64,000 bases of DNA from the human T2T-CHM13v2.0 reference genome, Homo sapiens: NCBI RefSeq assembly GCF_009914755.1, contig NC_060925.1; one strand, given 5' to 3'. Position 1 is the first letter of the stretch, and every line of letters starts with the position of its first letter. The notes below the pieces were generated by a model, which worked only from the letters and a program-made list of their open reading frames with translations, was not told the origin of the DNA and ran no database searches. Made by a program: the position numbers and the translations under genes. Positions 49,780 to 63,761 of this stretch are shown one piece after another.

Positions 49780-50610
49780 GAGGCATCAGCTAAGATGCTT
49801 TTGACCGTAAGGAATAGGACACCTGCCTAACAGTGGCTTTAAGAAGTAGGCGGTTCTAAGCTGGTTCAGTGGCTCAACAGGCAAAAAATACCCATCCTCT
49901 TTCCATCCTTCTGTTCCTCTTTCCTAGAGCACTGGCTTTTGTCTTCAGGCTTGTTGCCTTGGGATTTAAATAGTCCTACCTTAGTTTTAGTCCTAAAATG
50001 TCTAATTTTTAGAGACAGAGTCTTGCTTTGTCAACCAGGCTGAAGTACGGTGGTATGACCATAGCTCACTGCAGCCTCGAATTTCTGTTCTCAAGGAATC
50101 TTCCTGCTTTAGCCTCCCTAGTAGCTGTGACTATAGGCACACACCACTACACTTGGCTAATTGAAAAAATAATTGTAGAGATGAGGTCTTGCTTTGTTGC
50201 CCTTGCTGGTCTTGAACTCCAGCCTCAAGTGATCCTCCTGCCTCAGCCTCCCAAAGTGCTGGGATTATAGTTGTGAGCCATCACACCCAGCCTCGAATGG
50301 CAGTTTTCAAAGGCAGGAAGCCAAGAGATGGCCAGAGATGCCAGAGTATCATCTCTCTCTTTATCTCTTTTTATCAGGGAAGAACATTTTTCCCACAAGC
50401 CTTCCTGTATTTTTTTTTCTTAAATATCATTGAGATGAACAAAGTCACACGGCCACTCCTACTTGTAAGGAAGGCTGGGAAAACATGAAACTTGTATTTT
50501 TAGCTGTGGTGTGTGCATGTGCGTGTGTGTGTGTGTATGTATAGCTGTCACCATGAGAAAAGTGGGAAGGAAATGGCTATTGGGCAGTCAACCAACAGTT
50601 TCTATGATAC
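49780..50610 (-). mobile_element. MLT1K/L-like LTR split by an Alu
   Basis: taacagtggcttta...ctggttcagtggctcaac...gtcacacggccactcctacttgtaaggaaggctgggaaa...aaatggctattgggcag. Confidence 0.7.
50006..50292 (-). mobile_element. Alu (J-like)
   Basis: tttagagacagagtcttgct...catagctcactgcagcctcgaa...ctcaagtgatcctcctgcctc. Confidence 0.93.
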
Positions 50611-52194
50611 ACAGTAAATTGTTAGTGGATAATTATCTTTCAGTGTGGTCTCCAATGGGTAATCTTGGGAGGTTGTCAAGTTAAATAGTAGAAGTTCACA
50701 GTTCCTTTGAACATTTAGATGTCATAATTCTATGATTTGAAAATGCTCAGTGGATCAGGAATCTTTTCTCTCTCTCTGGCAACCATCCTTCCTGTGAGGT
50801 TTTTGTATGAGAATATGAGTACGACTTCTTGCCTTTTCCCTTGTCCACAGTTTATTTTAGCTGAAGAGTGTAGGTAGAATAAAGGGACCACTGTGAGGCA
50901 ACCTCAGAACCCTGGGGCTGAAACAAATAAAACAATACTCATTTCATAAAATGAGATCAGTGATGAGATGAGCCCCCTCAGAGATGGATTTGTCCCAGAC
51001 CTAGAAAAGGAAGAGCAGGTGTGTAAAGATGGCCTCAGCATCATCCTGAGGGAGGCATGGCTGGGGACATCTCTGGGAACTTGGCCCTTCCTTCATGGGA
51101 ACAAGCCCCAGGTGTTGTTGGCTTCTCCTGGGAACCCTTACAGGGGGAGAGCTCTCTCTGTGGGCCCATCCTCAGAAATTGCAAAGCAGATGTTTGCTTT
51201 GGGGAGGTAAATGTTTTCCCTTCTGTCTTATTTTCAAAGATCAGCAGAGAGGGCTGTAAGATCAACTGCCTAGCCTGCCTGGTTTGGAGGTCAGTTTGCT
51301 GGTAGGCCCAGGGCTAGCATGCCCATTGCTACCCTCTGTCTGCTTCTCTGATGGGCAAAAATGTTTCTTTTGGAGTGATCTGGTGGAGGTTGGCGGGTTA
51401 GAGGGGAAGGGTCTCTTCTGTCCCTCTAGAGTTTGGTCCTCACTCTATATGGTGGAGGCAGCAAAATGCAGTACATTCTCCAGAGAACAGCCATCTTCTC
51501 ACTCCTGGAGTTGGACCCAAGAGAGGAAGAGAGAGCACAGCCAGCACCTTGCCTGGAGCCAGGGCTCTGGCATTCACCTGTCTGGCAGGTGTGCAGGGAG
51601 CTCCTGCTCTATGCCAGGTGCCTGGTGAGTGGTCAGCCCAACAGAAGAGTCAGGCCCCACACCTCTAAGTCTGGTACCCTTTGCTCTATTCATGTGAAAA
51701 GAAGAAAGAGACTTAACACTGAGCACATTCTATATACATGGCATTGTACTGTTCCTATTTTATTGGTAAAGAAATGGAAGATCAGACATGGGGGGTACAT
51801 GATCATAGCTACACAGGAGGTGGTGAAATCAATGCTCAAACGCAGATTAGTCTCCTCTAAAATTCACCATCTTCCCACTTCACTCAATAAGCTCAACTCA
51901 GAAGACAGAGCCTCACTTGTCCAATCCTTTGGGTGAGAACCTGCTGTATTTTAATTTTCCCAGGATGGTGAGGAGAGAGGAAATGTTTGCTGTTCTTTCC
52001 ACCATCACCTCCTGATGTAAATGTGGAGCATAGGAGGAGAGAAGAACTTCTCATCCATTTAGTTCAGCTCAATTCAATTCAACCTTTTCTCAGCACCCGC
52101 TGCCACCAGGCACAGTGTTGTTCAGTAGAACCCAGAGATGAGCATGGCATGGCCTTTGCTCTTACAGAGGACACTGTGATGTTCCAGCATCACA

Positions 52195-52400
52195 CACAGG
52201 ACTTCCCAAAGTGGGTCTCGCAAAGTTCAAGGTATTTGGGAAGGTGATCTGTCCCAGAACCCCTTGAGGAGACTGTAAAAGTCTAGCTAATCCAAGGTCT
52301 ATTGTAGATTTAAAGAATCTTGGCCTTCAGGAGCAGAGCTGTGAATCTGCATGCTCACAAGCCCCTGGTGATTCCAATGCTTGCCAACGTTGTGAACCTT
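52195..52400. mobile_element. MER5-type hAT MITE (degraded)
   Basis: cttcccaaagtggg...gaatctgcatgctcacaagcccctggtgattc. Confidence 0.5.
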
Positions 52401-52534
52401 CCTGTTGCATGGACATAGTGGAGAGAGAAAATACAATAAACTGTGGTTGTTCTTCCTCAAGGTAGGGGCAGGATGACATCACAGATAAGGACAGACTTAG
52501 AGAAGGGAGGAGGAACTTCACAGTAATTCCATGT

Positions 52535-52845
52535 GGATACTCATCCATCAGGTACAGCAGGCACAGTGCCTCGGGCCCATGAGACTTTCAGCAACCAAGG
52601 CAATATTTTAATTTCTTTCAGAATCAGAAGGAAAAAAGCCCCCTGAACATGGAATGTTTTAGTATTTTAGAAAAATGTTTTAATTTTTTTTCATATCAGA
52701 AAAGGAATTTGTAGGGGCTATGGAAATCTATTAAATTTTGCCAAAAATAGAAAAACACCTCAAAGGATTTAAAATTATACTAGTAATAATTTTTAATATT
52801 AATATTCTTACGGAGGGAGTGGCCCATAAGACAAAAGTGCATACG
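52535..52845. mobile_element. hAT-Tip100 relic (ORSL-like)
   Basis: catccatcaggtacagcaggcacagtgcctcgggcccatga...ttttaatttctttcagaatcagaag...ggcccataagacaaaagtgc. Confidence 0.6.
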
Positions 52846-52879
52846 GCTGTGGTGAGGACTGGCCACACACACTGTGTTG

Positions 52880-53250
52880 GGTGTGGTTTGATTGTGAAGG
52901 GGAAGGCTGGGGAAGGAGGCAAGGGCCAGTCTCTGGAGGGTCCCAACTACCAGGCTGAGGAATCTGGACCTTATCCTGGGCACACTGGGGGCTGTTTAAG
53001 GGTTTAAACAGAGAGATGTATGGTTAGATTTTCAGTGTTAAGGCAATCCCTTTGCAATCCTTGTCTGTGGGGCTATGGAGGGATTGGTGTGAGACTGGTG
53101 TTAGGGAATCCTGAAGGAGACAGTGTGTCTAGGGCAGAGGTGCTAAGGAGGAGATGGAGGCAGAGACCAGAGGATGCAGAATCAATAGCACCTGGTGAGG
53201 GCTGATTGGACATGGGGGCAAGAGAGGGAGATGCCAAGGACATCTCAACC
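52880..53250 (-). mobile_element. L2 fragment
   Basis: ccaggctgaggaatctggaccttatcctgg...ggtttaaacagagag...ggttagattt. Confidence 0.7.
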
Positions 53251-53474
53251 AAATGATTAGGATTGTGATCAATAACCCTCATAATCAGCACAGCTCTTGC
53301 TTCATAGTATACTTCCTGCAAATTACACTGGCTTCCAAATGTGAGAGGCTGGCCATCCCCACCATGATCCTTCTGTTGTATGGGCTTTGTTGAAGTTGGT
53401 CATCTTTTGCTCTACATTATTGCCATCTTCAGGGTCCTGGATGTGCACTCTCACTGTCTGCTCCCAACTTTACT

Positions 53475-53930
53475 GTAGTAGTTAGGATAATGCTTTCTCC
53501 TGTGACAACAACAAAACCCCACCCCCCTACCCCACCAGCCCACATTTCAGTGGCTTAAGGTAATTAGTTCCTTTCTCCCTCACCTAATAACTCAATGTGG
53601 GTGTTCCTGGTTGGTAGGTAGCTTCCCAGCAAGTGGTGGATCAAAGAAGGTGTCCCCTTCCGTCTTGTGGATCTGCCAACCTCTCGGTCCTTGGAGTCCT
53701 CTTTTTTTAGCCAGAAGATGGGCAAACAAGAGGGTGGGGGAGGCCCACCTGATTCTTACCAGCCTTCATCTGGCAGTGACATCTATCACTTGTAATCACA
53801 TTCCATCGTGGACACTCATCCCCAGACCCACCTGGACATAAAGGGAGTGGGAAACTTAGTCTCTGTTAGGTGGCTGCTTCCCATGGCAGCTCCATGTTGT
53901 AGATGGACAATCATGAACTTTACCACCACA
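53475..53930 (-). mobile_element. MLT1I/J-like LTR
   Basis: tagttaggataatgct...tttcagtggcttaa...tcacattccat...aagggagtgggaaac. Confidence 0.6.
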
Positions 53931-54078
53931 GCCCAGGACTATTCCCAGCCCTAACTGTGAGCACATCGAGGCTATATAACAAGTAACTTTCAAGGCATTC
54001 ATAGCCCATTCGTCACATCACATTATGAAATGTGATAATAGAGGTACAAAATACATGAAAAACCCCTATTGTACCTAA

Positions 54079-54148
54079 TTAGGTTAAACCATATGGTTTG
54101 TAGATCAAAACCAGTCAAAAATTGGCAATTTCATATGATTCAACCCAG
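54079..54148. mobile_element. MADE2-like mariner MITE
   Basis: Inverted ends ttaggttaaaccatatg / catatgattcaacccag, with internal ggcaatttcatatg. Confidence 0.8.
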
Positions 54149-54157
54149 TATACTAGA

Positions 54158-54465
54158 GAAGTGCTTCCAAAAAAGTTTTTGTTAGAACTCTCCATCATAC
54201 ATTTGGGAAAATATTGCAGTGGGAGAGACTATACTTGATAACTCCTCTGGGAGACTTAAATATACTTTAGTCAAGTAAGAGCTCTGAAACATTCTGTATT
54301 CAAGAAAATCCCGTGTTGTTTAGTTTCTTTAATTAGCGATTTCCTAAGAAATTGTTGCTTAATCGGTGATTTCCAGGTTAATTTGTGCATATAACTCATT
54401 TTTCCCAAATGCCTCTTCAGCTCTCCTTGAATTACTCTTCTATCTTGTGCACTTTGGGAAACTTC
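54158..54465. mobile_element. hAT-Charlie-type MITE relic
   Basis: gtgcttccaaa...tttgggaaa...gctctga...cactttgggaaac. Confidence 0.5.
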
Positions 54466-55926
54466 ATGGAACACTGAGAAAGTCCATTAATGAATCGTTT
54501 TATCTAGCAGAAAAAAATAAGGTTTCTCTGCAAAAATCCACGCCAGGCACATTGGTGAAAATGATAACATTTGTTGAGTGCAAGAATGACTTTAAACTAA
54601 TCACACATCTTTCTGAGCCTTAGGTTTTTCATCTGCAAAATTAACATGACAAATTAAATGAGAAGACCCATTTAAAAGAGCTTAGGAAGAAGTTGCATGT
54701 GTGCTAACTTCTTCCTTCCATTAGCATCCCTGAGGTTGAGGAAGGCAGCCTCTTGCCACGTAGAGGACACCTCCTTTCAGCAGCCACATGTGGGATTGCT
54801 TTGGGCTTGACGTGCAAACATGTGTAAGCCCAGCTTCTTGAGAGTTCACATGGATATTTGGGTCAGGCAGAGTTATTTTTATACATTCAAAAGAGAAGAA
54901 AATAAAGAGCAACATCCTCATGTTGACACGAAATGGCTGCCCTGTGACTCTGGGCTGGAGGTGGGGGGTAGTGCTGGGGGTTGGGGAAGTGACCAAGCCT
55001 AAAGGGCCACATGGAACCACTTTTTCGTGGTCTAATCTGGGAGCCAGAACGCTCTGAGCTTGGAATAAAGTCATGGTTCTGGTTAGTGGATTGATTCTCT
55101 GGGGCCAGCATGGATTCTGGCAGAGCCTTGGCCCCATCTGTCCTTCTCCTGGCCTGGTCTCCTTCTGGCGGCCTCATCCCCAGGTCTGGCAGAACCCCCA
55201 GAACAGATCATTCTCCTGGCCCCCAGCAAAGCTGCTCACTGACTTCCAAACATGTGTGACTAGTTTGGCCATCTGGGCCTGAGGCCTCTCTGCAAGGTGG
55301 GCGTTGTTGGGATGGGTCTTCCTTTCCCCTACACACTAGTCATGGCCTCCAGCTGAGTGTACTTACCTGGTTCCCCTGCAAAACCTCCACCTCCAGGGCT
55401 CTTTCTAGCACTAAGAGGACACAACAAAGAGAGCTTATTTAAGAATGGGTACTGTGACTGTTTTCAATGTTGCTATGGATCTGATGCCTTTTATAGGTCC
55501 TCCTGCTGGCAGACCCATAATGGCCCTCAGAGCCAGAATGACCAGGTTTGAATCTTGGCATGGTCATTTGTGAGCCATGTAACCTCGGACAGATACTGTA
55601 ATCTATTTGGACCTCAGTTTCTTCTTTATATTGGGGATAATTACTGTTGTTTCATCCATCAAACTATCACACATTCATTGAGGACATTTTTCTACATGCC
55701 TGGCATTGGTGACACAAAGATAAACTGTAACTTGTCCCTGTCTCAAGCAGATGATATTCTGAATGTGAAATTGCCAAGCCCATGGCTAGGGACCCAGAAC
55801 CCAGCGAGGTGTAAATAACTGAAGCTTTAAAATCTGACCCTCCGCCTGAATATTCCAGCTCTGATACTGAACTGCTGTGTGATGTTGGGCAAGATCTTTG
55901 TGCTTTCTTGTCCTCAGCTCCCTCAT

Positions 55927-56058
55927 CTACTCAGGAGTCTGAGACATGAAAATTGTTTGAACCCGGCAGGTGGAGGTTGCAGTGAGCTGAGATCGCACCA
56001 CTACGTTCCAGCTTGGGTGACAGTGCAAGACTCTGACTCAAAAAAAAAAAAAAAAAAA
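55927..56058 (+). mobile_element. Alu right-arm fragment (5' truncated) joined to a MIR
   Basis: ctactcaggag...ggaggttgcagtgagctgagatcgcacc followed by an A tail. Confidence 0.93.
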
Positions 56059-56189
56059 GAAATCAAAAGGAAAAATAAATTAGTTGAATTGGTCACTTGA
56101 AATCATGTAATGAAGCCAAATGGGTGCCGTGGCACTTACAATTCTATCCTGGATATAATGTATTGAAGATATTTTGAGGAGTCCTGTGT

Positions 56190-56390
56190 TTTCTTGGGGA
56201 AAGGGCCTGAGCTTGACATCTAACAGACTTGTAATCTAATCCCAGCTGTGTTATTTACTGGCTGATTGACTTTGAGCCAGATGCTCAGTGTCTCTGAGCT
56301 TCCTTGGCCCATCATTATATTTAGAGAAAAACATGCACTTTGCAGTGTGGTGAGAATGAGAGAGTGCTTAGGTGAAGTCCTGGCTTAGTC
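56190..56390 (+). mobile_element. MIR SINE
   Basis: ctaatcccagct...tttactggctg...gactttgag...tctctgagc. Confidence 0.65.
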
Positions 56391-56429
56391 ATCCCTCACC
56401 ACTTGGTTCTGTGACCCAGCCGACTGTGA

Positions 56430-56542
56430 GTCCGTTGGGAGCAGGCTCTGCATCTGGCTTCTTGTTTTCTGTGAGGCCCAGCACAGGATCTGGCAGAGAG
56501 CAGATTCTCAGTGAGCATTTATTGAATGAATGAATGAATGAG
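56430..56542 (+). mobile_element. L2 3' end with (TGAA)n tail
   Basis: cccagcacaggatctggcaga...ctcagtgagcatttattgaatgaatgaatgaatga. Confidence 0.85.
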
Positions 56543-57499
56543 CAGGTTTCAGCATGATGCGTTGTAACCTGGGCCCCAAAAGGGGCAGTATAATTTCCTT
56601 TGTTGCAGGTGGTGTTTAATGGGGAAATGCAAAGAACTTTGGACCCAGATATAGGCTGGACGTATGAGTTGTATAGCATAGACCCTGCTCGTTAGTAACT
56701 GTAAGTCTCTGGACAAGTTGTGGCACATCTTGGAGCCTTGACACCTCAACTTCGTCATATGCAAATTGTCTTGCCTAATTTGCTGGGTTCCAAGGAAGTC
56801 CAAAGGATTTCCAGCTGCGAAACTACTCTGTAAACTCTAAAGTGCCATCCTCACGTGAAGGGTTGTTGTTGCTGACAGCGTTTGTGAAAGGCCACAAAGC
56901 TGTTGACATCTGCTGCTTGGCACTGGCTGGGAAAAATTTCAGAGGGTCCCATACTCATGCATGTGAACTTCTGGGATTTCTCATTCTGGGAACATTATCA
57001 AGAGGCACTAGTTGACTCCCTTTGTCCCCAAGGGAGCAAATATGCTTGGCTCACTGTCTCTGCGGACATTAATGAAACATTTGTGACAGCACAGCAAAGT
57101 TCCCAGAATATCCTAAAGCATCTTTGTCCAGTGCATCATAGTTAGCACATCATCAGTACACCTGTTATTTCATTTATTTGATCTTCCTAGTGACTTTGGA
57201 GGTTGCTGTGGATAGAGGCATTATTTTGATTTTATAGGTAAGAAAGAAAAAACTTGGAGAAGCTAGAAATGTGCAAAAGGACACAGAGGTAGTTAGAAGC
57301 AAAGCAACCCATGCTTGCTGACTCTAGTTCTGACACCCTTTCCATTCCTTTCTGTGAGATAAAGCATCTTGATATTACCCAGAAAATAGAACATCCATGT
57401 CTGATTTGTCTTGCTATTCCCCATGGCACTTTGTCCTTGCTGGGAACATAATAGGTATTCAATAAATATTAGAATTGTAGACTCAGTGAGTGTAGGTTT

Positions 57500-57750
57500 T
57501 GGACACTCAAACAATGAGCGTAGGTTTTGGATACAGACAGATCTGTATTCCAATTCTGATCAGCTACAGACTAACTGTGTGACCTCGGACAAAGCATGGT
57601 ACTTCAATGCTTTGATCTTCAAATTCTTCCTTTGTCTAGGAGTGAAGGGTGTACATCCTGCCTGGGGCTGCAGTGAGCATCAGTGGAGAGAGCATCCCTA
57701 AGGCATCAAGTACTCAACCTGGAACATGTTAGGCACCTAATAAACATTGG
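57500..57750 (+). mobile_element. MIR SINE
   Basis: actaactgtgtgacctcggacaa...cctggaacatgttaggcacctaataaac. Confidence 0.7.
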
Positions 57751-58353
57751 GATTTCTAGCTCACAAAAGCTCTAAAAACTGGCCTTTAAACCCTTTCATT
57801 TGAGTGAAATGAATGGAGGGTGATTGTGAGAATTCAATTCTCTTTTACTACTTTCTGCCTCTCTCATTAATCTTTAAAATCATATGCACAAAAAAGATGA
57901 TGGGACCACATGCCTCTGGTTCACTCATGCTCAGGTTAGCAGGCGTTGTGTGGTCAGGGACCTTAGGCAGGCTTCCTCCTCCATGGCCTTGACTTCCTTG
58001 GCCCTGCAGAGGTGGAGGTTCCCTTTTCCCTAATCCAGATGCACTCCTACATTGAATCAAAAACAGGGCACTTACCCAAACTCACCTGGAAAAAAAGAAG
58101 ATTAAACCTCTACCTCTCATCTGTGCAAAATACACTATATCTCAGGTTGCTGGCAGCTGGGTCCTGACTATGTAAACGGTATGGTCCTCTGTCTCATTTG
58201 AGTTTCACAAAGAAATGATTAATATACCCATTTTACAGATGAGAAAACCAAGGCCCAGATAACCATTTAACGAGCTTTTACGACGTGTCAAGTACTATGT
58301 TAGGTGTTCTGTTTGCCTTCTCTTTATGGGGAATTTAGAGATGTGGCTATTGA

Positions 58354-59130
<777 letters not shown>

Positions 59131-59539
59131 AGACATATGTGTGTTAATACACAGTGAGTAGCAGAGCTGGTTTTGAACACAGGTCTGTTTTATTCTTTCC
59201 ATCACTCCACAGACCTTGGAGAAGAAGGCAGATTCTTTCTTCTGCTACTCTCTAGTATTCCAATTGTCTTGGTCCACATAGTAAGATACCTGCTGATATT
59301 AGCATAATAACTGAGCATTTACGATGTGCCAAGCACACAGTGCTTAACCTTAATTGTTTAATTTAGTCTTCAATCAGACTGAAAGTTTTGTGTAAAGATC
59401 TCATAGAGGGCCAGTTGATCAGAAGAACTTAGTGACCCCGGGCTTGAGGACAGGATGTTCCTGCTTCTTAGTACTTCCGTGTAAATCCCAGTGCTTAAAA
59501 GCTTGGGACTCATTTGTGTTCTTTAAAATAAATCATGAC

Positions 59540-59890
59540 ACTTTCAGATGGTGGATTATTATCTACCCATGCAAAGAATGAGGCAGATATTTATGCACTG
59601 ATATGGAATGATTGCCTAGTGATATTGTTAACCAGAAAAATAAAGGTGCAGAACATTGTAGTGTGCAGCTGATGGGTACACACGACCACTGGTTTCTCTT
59701 AGTGAAGAAGACCTCTTGAAAGATAGGCAAATGATTGGTAATATCTTTTGCCTTTCCCATAAAGAGAGCAGATGCTGGGAGAGCAGATGCTGGGAGACCA
59801 GGCATAGGAGAAACATACTGCACACATCCTTGTACCTTTTGGATTTTGTACCATGTGAATGTATTTCATATTAAAAAGTAAAAATAAAAA
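59540..59890 (+). mobile_element. L1ME-like 3' end with a 15-bp tandem duplication (59764-59793)
   Basis: aagaatgaggcagat...actgatatggaa...ttttgtaccatgtgaatgtatt then an A-rich end; gagagcagatgctgg x2. Confidence 0.75.
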
Positions 59891-61074
59891 CTAGACTTTG
59901 AAGTATAGAGATACCTAGATAATCTTAGAAATGTCCCTCAATCTTTGGTTCCCCAGTTTCTTGATTTGTAAAATGGGGAATAAAATATGCATAATAATAA
60001 CAATTTATATTTCTATATATAAATTACAATTCAGATATGCCTCACATGAGAATCAACTTTGATAATGCCCATGAAGGGCTTACACAATGCAGGACAAATC
60101 ATTTGTGCACAATAAGTGCTAACTATCATCATTATGGTTTCTTGTTGGAAGGGATAGAGAGTAGAAATTCTGTTTGTTTCAAGGAATAGACCCTTGAACA
60201 AGGTTCTGGCATTCTTTTCGGCCCCAGGAAGGCTTGCATACAATGAACCTTCTGCTGAAAGATCTTGGTTCTTCATTTCAGCTGTCTTTGGGACGTTCTT
60301 GCCTGGAACTTGCAACAGGCCATTTGCAAGGTGCCCACATACTAAAACTGGAAACTGGGAGAGGATTCCTCAGCTTTGGACAGCATGATCCCTATTGGCA
60401 TCTGGATGTCTTGTAGCCCATGACCCCTTCTGACATTTGGAGACACCAAGACCTAGACTGATGGATTAGAATAGCTCTCAAAATCATTAGTTCAAGCCCC
60501 TCATTTGATGTATGGGGCAAGAGAGGTCCAAGAGTAGCCTAAGTTTGCATAACAAATTTGTTAACAGCACAAGTCTGGAGCCTCTTTCTTAGTCCCAGCT
60601 CAGGTTTTTTTCTACATTTCCTAGGGATGCTGTCAGGTTAAACCTATCTCTTTAACCAATACTGAGCTATGTGTTTTATTGGAGTTTTTGCTTATTCATG
60701 CTTTGCAAACAGATATTGGGCATCTAGTGTGTATCAGCCCAGTGAAGGGGGCTGGGGTGAAATGGGATGAAAGATGAGTTAGACCTCATCCCTTCTCTGA
60801 GGAATGAGCTAAGGGGTGAGGGTAGAGGGTGGGGAGGGGAGTAAGTCCCATTTAAGTGGGAAGAACAAAGTACTGGGAATTCAGAGAAGGAAGAGTTTAC
60901 ATGAGGACAGGAGAATCAGAGGGTGCTGTATGTTCATCCATTGTCACTCATTCATTCATTCATTCCAGAACATTCTCTGCAAGAGGGAAGGATATATATG
61001 TATTTCGACTACTCCCTGCCAGGTAAACTGGTTCAAGTTTTCACATAACATGATCTAATATAAGATAATAAAGA

Positions 61075-61330
61075 GGCAACTTAGCAGAGTGGAAAGATGA
61101 TAAACTTGATTGTCAGACAAAACTGGGTTTAACTCCTCATACCACCATCTTTTTAGCTTTGGGACTTGGGGAAAATTCAGTTAACTTCTCTGAGCCTGCT
61201 TCCTTATCTGTCAAATGGGGGTTAATTATCAAAGAATTGTCCAAGGGTTGAAAGGGATGATGTTTGTAAAACCATTCCACATGTGGCTTGGCACAGAGGA
61301 GCCTCTAAATAAAAATGCTGGCTTCCTTCC
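61075..61330 (+). mobile_element. MIR SINE
   Basis: ttaacttctctgagcctgcttccttatctgtcaaatgggg. Confidence 0.85.
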
Positions 61331-61720
61331 CTTCCTGTATCCTTGGAACTATTTTTTTTAAGAGACAAATTATTGCCTATCATAACTTTTAGAATTGGAC
61401 TGTATTTTCTGAAAAGGGAACACTAATCTAGTACAACATTCTTGAAACTCTGCTTACCTAATCTCTCAGGATCAAAGGGTAGGATGGCCTCTTTCCCCTC
61501 CATTTTATCAAAGATATCCCATTGCTAGCTGGACTTAATCTGTAAGATTGCATCAAAGAAAACCCTGCTTTGGGAAATATGACGGCCCTTCTCTTGGGAC
61601 TTGGGCTTCCATTTTCTGTGGAGCCAGAAGGCCAGAGCTCCAGGGATGCCACAGAAGATCATGCCAGGTTGACCTTGGGCCCTGAAGGCCTGTCCTATGC
61701 AGGGTTCCCATCTAGGACAT

Positions 61721-62171
61721 TGTTTGGGGCTGAATTGTGTTCCTCAAAAAATATATCGAAGTTCCAATTTCAGGTACCTCAGGATGTGACCTTATTTAGA
61801 AGTAGTGTCATTGCGGAGGTGTTAGTTAAGATGAGGTCATACTGGAGTAGGGTGGGCCCTTAATCCAGTGTAGGGTTTTTATAAAAAGACCCATGGAGAC
61901 ACAGCCACAGAGGGAGAAGGCCATGAGACACAGTGGCAGAGACTGGAGCACTGCGGCTAGAAGCCAGGGAAGACCAGGGATTGCTGGCCACCACCAGAAG
62001 CTAGGAAGGGGCAAAGATGTATTCTCTCCTACAGGTTTCAGAGGGAACATGGTGCTGTAGACACCCTGATTTTAGACTTCTAGCCTCTAGGACTGTGAGA
62101 CAATACATTTCTCTTGTTTCAAGTCCCCCAGTTTGTGGTGCTTTGTGATAGCAGCCCTAGAACTGAGTAGA
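61721..62171 (+). mobile_element. MLT1C-like solo LTR
   Basis: gctgaattgtgttcc...gtgaccttattt...agatgaggtcatactggagtagggtgggccc...ccaccagaagctaggaag...gcagccctag. Confidence 0.92.
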
Positions 62172-62559
62172 TATTTAATCTCCATTGTGAAAGTGAAGAA
62201 ATTGAAGCTCCCAAACGTCCTCATTTCTACAGCACCAACAATTTAGTATAAGACAGTAGAGGCAGAGAGTTTATCGAAGGAATGTGCAAATGAATGTCTG
62301 TGGCTCAGGGAAGTGGTGTGAATTGCACAAGGTCACATGGGTAGTTGGAGGCACAGTCAGCTATAGGAACTGTGTCTGGATGCCCAGCTAGCTGTTTGCT
62401 CCATTAGGACAATAATAATAGCGACCATTTATTTTCCTGGTTAAGAGCCTGGGCTTTGGAGTGTAAGCCAAGGCTTACATTCTTCATTTGTGGCTTTTTG
62501 TCTAGTCCAATAAAGAAGGCTTCAATAAATGTCAGCTGTCATTCTTGGTATTTTACTAT

Positions 62560-62720
62560 TACCAAATTCTTATATATGAAGTGGCTTACATACATTATTT
62601 CATTTAATTCCCATGATAGCCCTTGGGGCAACTATTATTATTACAGTTTTGCAAATGAGGAGTCTGAGGCTCAGAGAGGCTCAAAAATTGCCCAAATCAT
62701 CCAAACGGCAACAATGGTAG
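62560..62720 (-). mobile_element. MIR fragment
   Basis: ttttgcaaatgaggagtctgaggctcagagagg. Confidence 0.8.
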
Positions 62721-62784
62721 GGGCAGCCTACAGACCCGCCATGCAGCTTTGAGTGGCCTTCAGGCCTTCTTTCCAGCTCTTTTT

Positions 62785-63070
62785 GTTTGTTTGTTTTTTT
62801 GAGATGGGGGTCTTGCTCCGTTCCTCAGCCAGGAGTGCAGTGGCACGATATTGACTCACTGCAACCTCTACCTTCTGGGTTCAAGTGATTTTTGTGCCTC
62901 AGCTTCCTGAGTAGCTAGGATTACAGGCACGCGCCACCACACCCAGCTAATTTTTTTGTATTTTTAGTAGAGATGGGGTTTTGCCATGTTGGCCAGGCTG
63001 GTCTCAAACTTCTGGCCTCAAGTAACCCACCTGTCTTGGCCTCCCACAGTGCTGGGATTACCGGTGTGAC
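62785..63070 (-). mobile_element. Alu (S-like), lacking ~15 nt at its 5' end
   Basis: Perfect 16-bp TSD ctttccagctcttttt (62769-62784 / 63071-63086). Confidence 0.97.
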
Positions 63071-63109
63071 CTTTCCAGCTCTTTTTAATATGTGCAATGC
63101 AAAAGGATT

Positions 63110-63760
63110 TTTAGCCTTGAGATGTATAGAACTCCCATAAATCACTAAGAAAGACACAACTAGCCCCAAGGAAAACTCAGCCAAGGGTGTTAAACATACA
63201 GTTCACAGATATCCAATGAAAATGAAAAGATGGCCAAGCTCGGTGGCTCATGCCTGTAATCTCAGAACTTTGGGAGGCCAGGGCAGGAGGACAGCTTGAG
63301 CCTAGGAATCTGAGACCAGCCTGGGCAATATACTGAGAACTTTTCTCTACAAAAAATTTTTAAAAATCAAAAATTATCTGAGTGTGGTGTCATGTGCCTG
63401 TAGTCCCAGTCACTCAGGAGGCTTAGGTAAGAGGATTGTTTGAGCCTGGGGAGCAGAGGCTCCAGTGAGCTGAGATTATGCCACTGCACTCCAGCCTGGG
63501 CAACAGAGAGAGATTCTGTCTGAAAAAAGAAAAGAAAAGAAAAAAAAGAAAGAAAAGATGCTCAGCCTTATTAGTAATTGAAGAAATGCAAATTAAAACT
63601 ATGATGAGATGCCATTTCATATCCCCAGGATAAAACTGGTAAACATTTAAAAATCTGACAATAAGTAGTAACAAGAATATGGAGTCATAGGAATTCTCAT
63701 ACACTGCTACAGGAGTTTAAATTGGTAAAATCACTTTGGAGAGAACTTTGGCAATAGCTA
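63110..63760 (+). mobile_element. Ancient L1M ORF2 3' fragment split by an Alu
   Basis: gaaaagatg|ctcagccttattagtaatt...gaaatgcaaattaaaac...tgagatgccattt...cactttgga. Confidence 0.8.
63232..63551 (+). mobile_element. Alu (J-like), full length
   Basis: gcttgagcctagga...gagaccagcctgggcaa; (GAAAA)n tail; TSD gaaaagat. Confidence 0.96.
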
Positions 63761-63761
63761 C

